A stretch of DNA of 64,000 nt, from positions 576,001-640,000 of the forward strand of contig OY969927.1 in NCBI GenBank assembly GCA_963704655.1. The letters run 5' to 3'. The stretch is from an uncultured Candidatus Babeliaceae bacterium (GTDB taxonomy: Bacteria; Babelota; Babeliae; Babelales; Babelaceae). The notes below the pieces were generated by a model. The model was not told the origin of the DNA. It saw only the letters and a program-made list of their open reading frames with translations, and did no database searches. Shown in pieces: positions 61,873-64,000 of this stretch (its first letter is position 1; every line of letters begins with the position of its first letter). The position numbers and the translations under genes were made by a program.

Positions 61873-63192
61873 TTAAAAATGGGGTCTTCTCTTTAAGATT
61901 TTAACAAATTGCTGACTTTGTTCAAATCTTTCTAACAATAACCTAATATCTTGCGACGTTGTACCCGAACCTTCAGCAATCCGTTTAGCACGGGATTCAT
62001 TAACAATACGCGCATTAAGACGCTCTTTCAGTGTCATAGAACTGATGATCGCCTTAAATTTCTTCATTTCCCGCTCGCCTTTTTCAATGTGCGATGGATC
62101 GATCTTCATTCCAGGAATTCCCGGGATATACTTCATAAGTGATGACAAACTCCCTAAGGAACTCATCATATCAAGCTGTTTCGCAAAATCTTGTAATGTA
62201 AGCTTACCAGTATTAAATGCCTTTTGAAGATCTTCCTGGTCTGAGACCTTGATCTTCTCGTGCGCTTTTTCAATAAGAGTATGCATATCCCCTAACCCAA
62301 TAATACGATTAGCGATTCGCTCAGGGTTAAAGTACTCTATATCATCAACTTTTTCACCGGTACCCATAAAGATCACCGGCTTTTTAACCATATAATAGCA
62401 GGCAAATGCCGCGCCGCCACGGGTATCGCCATCCATTTTACTCAAGATAACACCAGTTGCATTAATAATCGCCTCAAATGATTGGGCAACACGTAACGAC
62501 TCCTGACCGATCATGCCGTCAAGCACTAAAAAGGTATAGGTAGGCTTAACACGTTTAATAATGCCAGAAAGTTCTGCTAATAACTCTTGGTCAACATGCA
62601 AACGCCCTGCCGTATCGATAAAACAGTGCTCATAATGGTTTTTCTGGGCATACTGCACCGCTTCAGCAGCTGCAGCTATCGGGTCGGTCGCTTGGGCGGC
62701 ATAATAATCTACACCAATGGCTTTTGCCAAAATTTCAAGTTGTTCACGAGCTGCCGGACGGTAGTAATCTACAGAACAAACCAGTATTCTTCTTTTTTTA
62801 TTTCGTTTTGCAGCATCTTTTTGAATAAGATGAGCCAATTTTGCAAGCGTTGTTGTTTTACCAGAACCCTGGAGCCCTGCCATAACAATGACACTTGGAA
62901 TCTGAAAAGAGAAGGCTGTTGCACTCTGCTTGCCACCTAAAAGTTCAACTATACGGTCGTGCACGGCTTTCATCACCAGCTCGGCGGGCTTTAATGAAGA
63001 AAAAAGCTTTTTACCGGCCAAGTCTGTCTGAACCTTCTGAACAAAATGAGTTACCACGTCATAGGGCACATCAGCTTCAAGCAAGGTGTTTTTTACCATC
63101 TCCATAGCCTGGTCCACTGTTTGCTGTGAAACGTTAGACGAAGAAAAACGTGAGAATAAAGCAGAGAATTTTTCGGTTAATGATCCAAACAT
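61873..63192 (-). CDS. ffh: Signal recognition particle protein Ffh
   Basis: LLEADV, GLQGSGKTT, DTAGRL, K.DGD.RGG, Met-rich M domain. Confidence 0.97.
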   Translation of the reverse strand: MFGSLTEKFSALFSRFSSSNVSQQTVDQAMEMVKNTLLEADVPYDVVTHFVQKVQTDLAGKKLFSSLKPAELVMKAVHDRIVELLGGKQSATAFSFQIPSVIVMAGLQGSGKTTTLAKLAHLIQKDAAKRNKKRRILVCSVDYYRPAAREQLEILAKAIGVDYYAAQATDPIAAAAEAVQYAQKNHYEHCFIDTAGRLHVDQELLAELSGIIKRVKPTYTFLVLDGMIGQESLRVAQSFEAIINATGVILSKMDGDTRGGAAFACYYMVKKPVIFMGTGEKVDDIEYFNPERIANRIIGLGDMHTLIEKAHEKIKVSDQEDLQKAFNTGKLTLQDFAKQLDMMSSLGSLSSLMKYIPGIPGMKIDPSHIEKGEREMKKFKAIISSMTLKERLNARIVNESRAKRIAEGSGTTSQDIRLLLERFEQSQQFVKILKRRPHF

Positions 63193-63303
63193 CGGGGTAC
63201 CTCAACGACATTAAACTTCTAATAAAGTTGTAAAACTCGTATATGAACGCTAAACTTATAATATATATTTATAGTATTATACCCTAAAAATGAGTAAACG
63301 GTA

Positions 63304-64000
63304 ATGACTAAACCGGCATCAATTATTCCAATTGAACAACCAAAAACCTTATTAATCGGCATCCATTCGCCTTTTAACCCAATTCGAGACATCGAATCAT
63401 ATTATCAAGAATTTAAAAATCTTGCAGAGTCTAATGGTGTAAGCACTGAATATTTTATCACTATTAAGTTGCGCAGCATCGACTCCGCTAACTTTTTAAC
63501 GCTTGGCAAACTGGAAGATGTCCTTGCATTAGTTAAAAAAGAAGGTATCGAAGAAGTTATCTTTTCAGACGCGCTTTCTCCGCAACAAGAGCGTAACTTA
63601 AGCCGCATCTTGCAGTGCCACGTATTTGACCGAACGGATCTTATTCTAGAAATTTTTGAAAAAGGCGCACAATCGGCTGAAGGTAAAACTCAAGTCGGCC
63701 TTGCTATGCTCCAACACCAAAAGTCTCGTTTAACCGGCCGCGGCCTTTATATGTCACAACAAGGTGGCCGTATCGGTACCCGTGGCCCTGGTGAAACGCA
63801 AAAAGAAAAAGAGACTCAGCATATTGAGCATCTTATGCTTAAAATGCGTCGCGATTTAGAAAAACTTCAAAAAGTTAGAGAAACCCAACGTAAGCAAAGA
63901 ATCGGAAGCGAATTACCGCTTATGTGTTTAATTGGTTACACCAACGCGGGCAAATCAACTATTCTTAACGCGCTTACCAAAAGCTCGGTGCTTGCTGAAG
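63304..64000 (+). CDS. hflX: GTPase HflX, partial (runs off window)
   Basis: Manual translation: LSPQQERNL, DRTDLILEIF, GTRGPGET, GYTNAGKST. Confidence 0.93.
   Translation, partial: MTKPASIIPIEQPKTLLIGIHSPFNPIRDIESYYQEFKNLAESNGVSTEYFITIKLRSIDSANFLTLGKLEDVLALVKKEGIEEVIFSDALSPQQERNLSRILQCHVFDRTDLILEIFEKGAQSAEGKTQVGLAMLQHQKSRLTGRGLYMSQQGGRIGTRGPGETQKEKETQHIEHLMLKMRRDLEKLQKVRETQRKQRIGSELPLMCLIGYTNAGKSTILNALTKSSVLAE

Noticed and set aside
63405-63608. 67-aa minus-strand ORF
   Set aside because: Antisense to hflX

Overview
AT-rich bacterial chromosome segment, most consistent with an intracellular protist-associated bacterium such as Candidatus Dependentiae/Babelota (TM6). That assignment is an inference from two tandem NTT/TLC nucleotide translocases, eukaryote-like domains and many small signal-peptide ORFans. 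The core content is lon, murD/ftsW, pepA, the str-S10-spc-alpha ribosomal superoperon on the minus strand (no rpmD), rseP, rplM (no rpsI after it), pepP, recR, yidC, murC, ffh-rpsP-khpA-trmD-rplS (no rimM; TrmD fused to a second SPOUT domain) and a partial hflX. rplP, rplC, rpsJ, tuf, fusA, rpsG and rpsL carry frameshifts that look like sequencing or assembly indels. Accessory highlights: a secreted USP-type deubiquitinase; a secreted lambda-type lysozyme operon; a 40-48 kb island of secreted paralogues (three TPR/Sel1-like proteins with basic NLS-like tails, a kinase-like protein, and modular promoter-signal peptide-payload-terminator units); and two families of structurally conserved REP-like hairpins that nest into one another and into a terminator loop.
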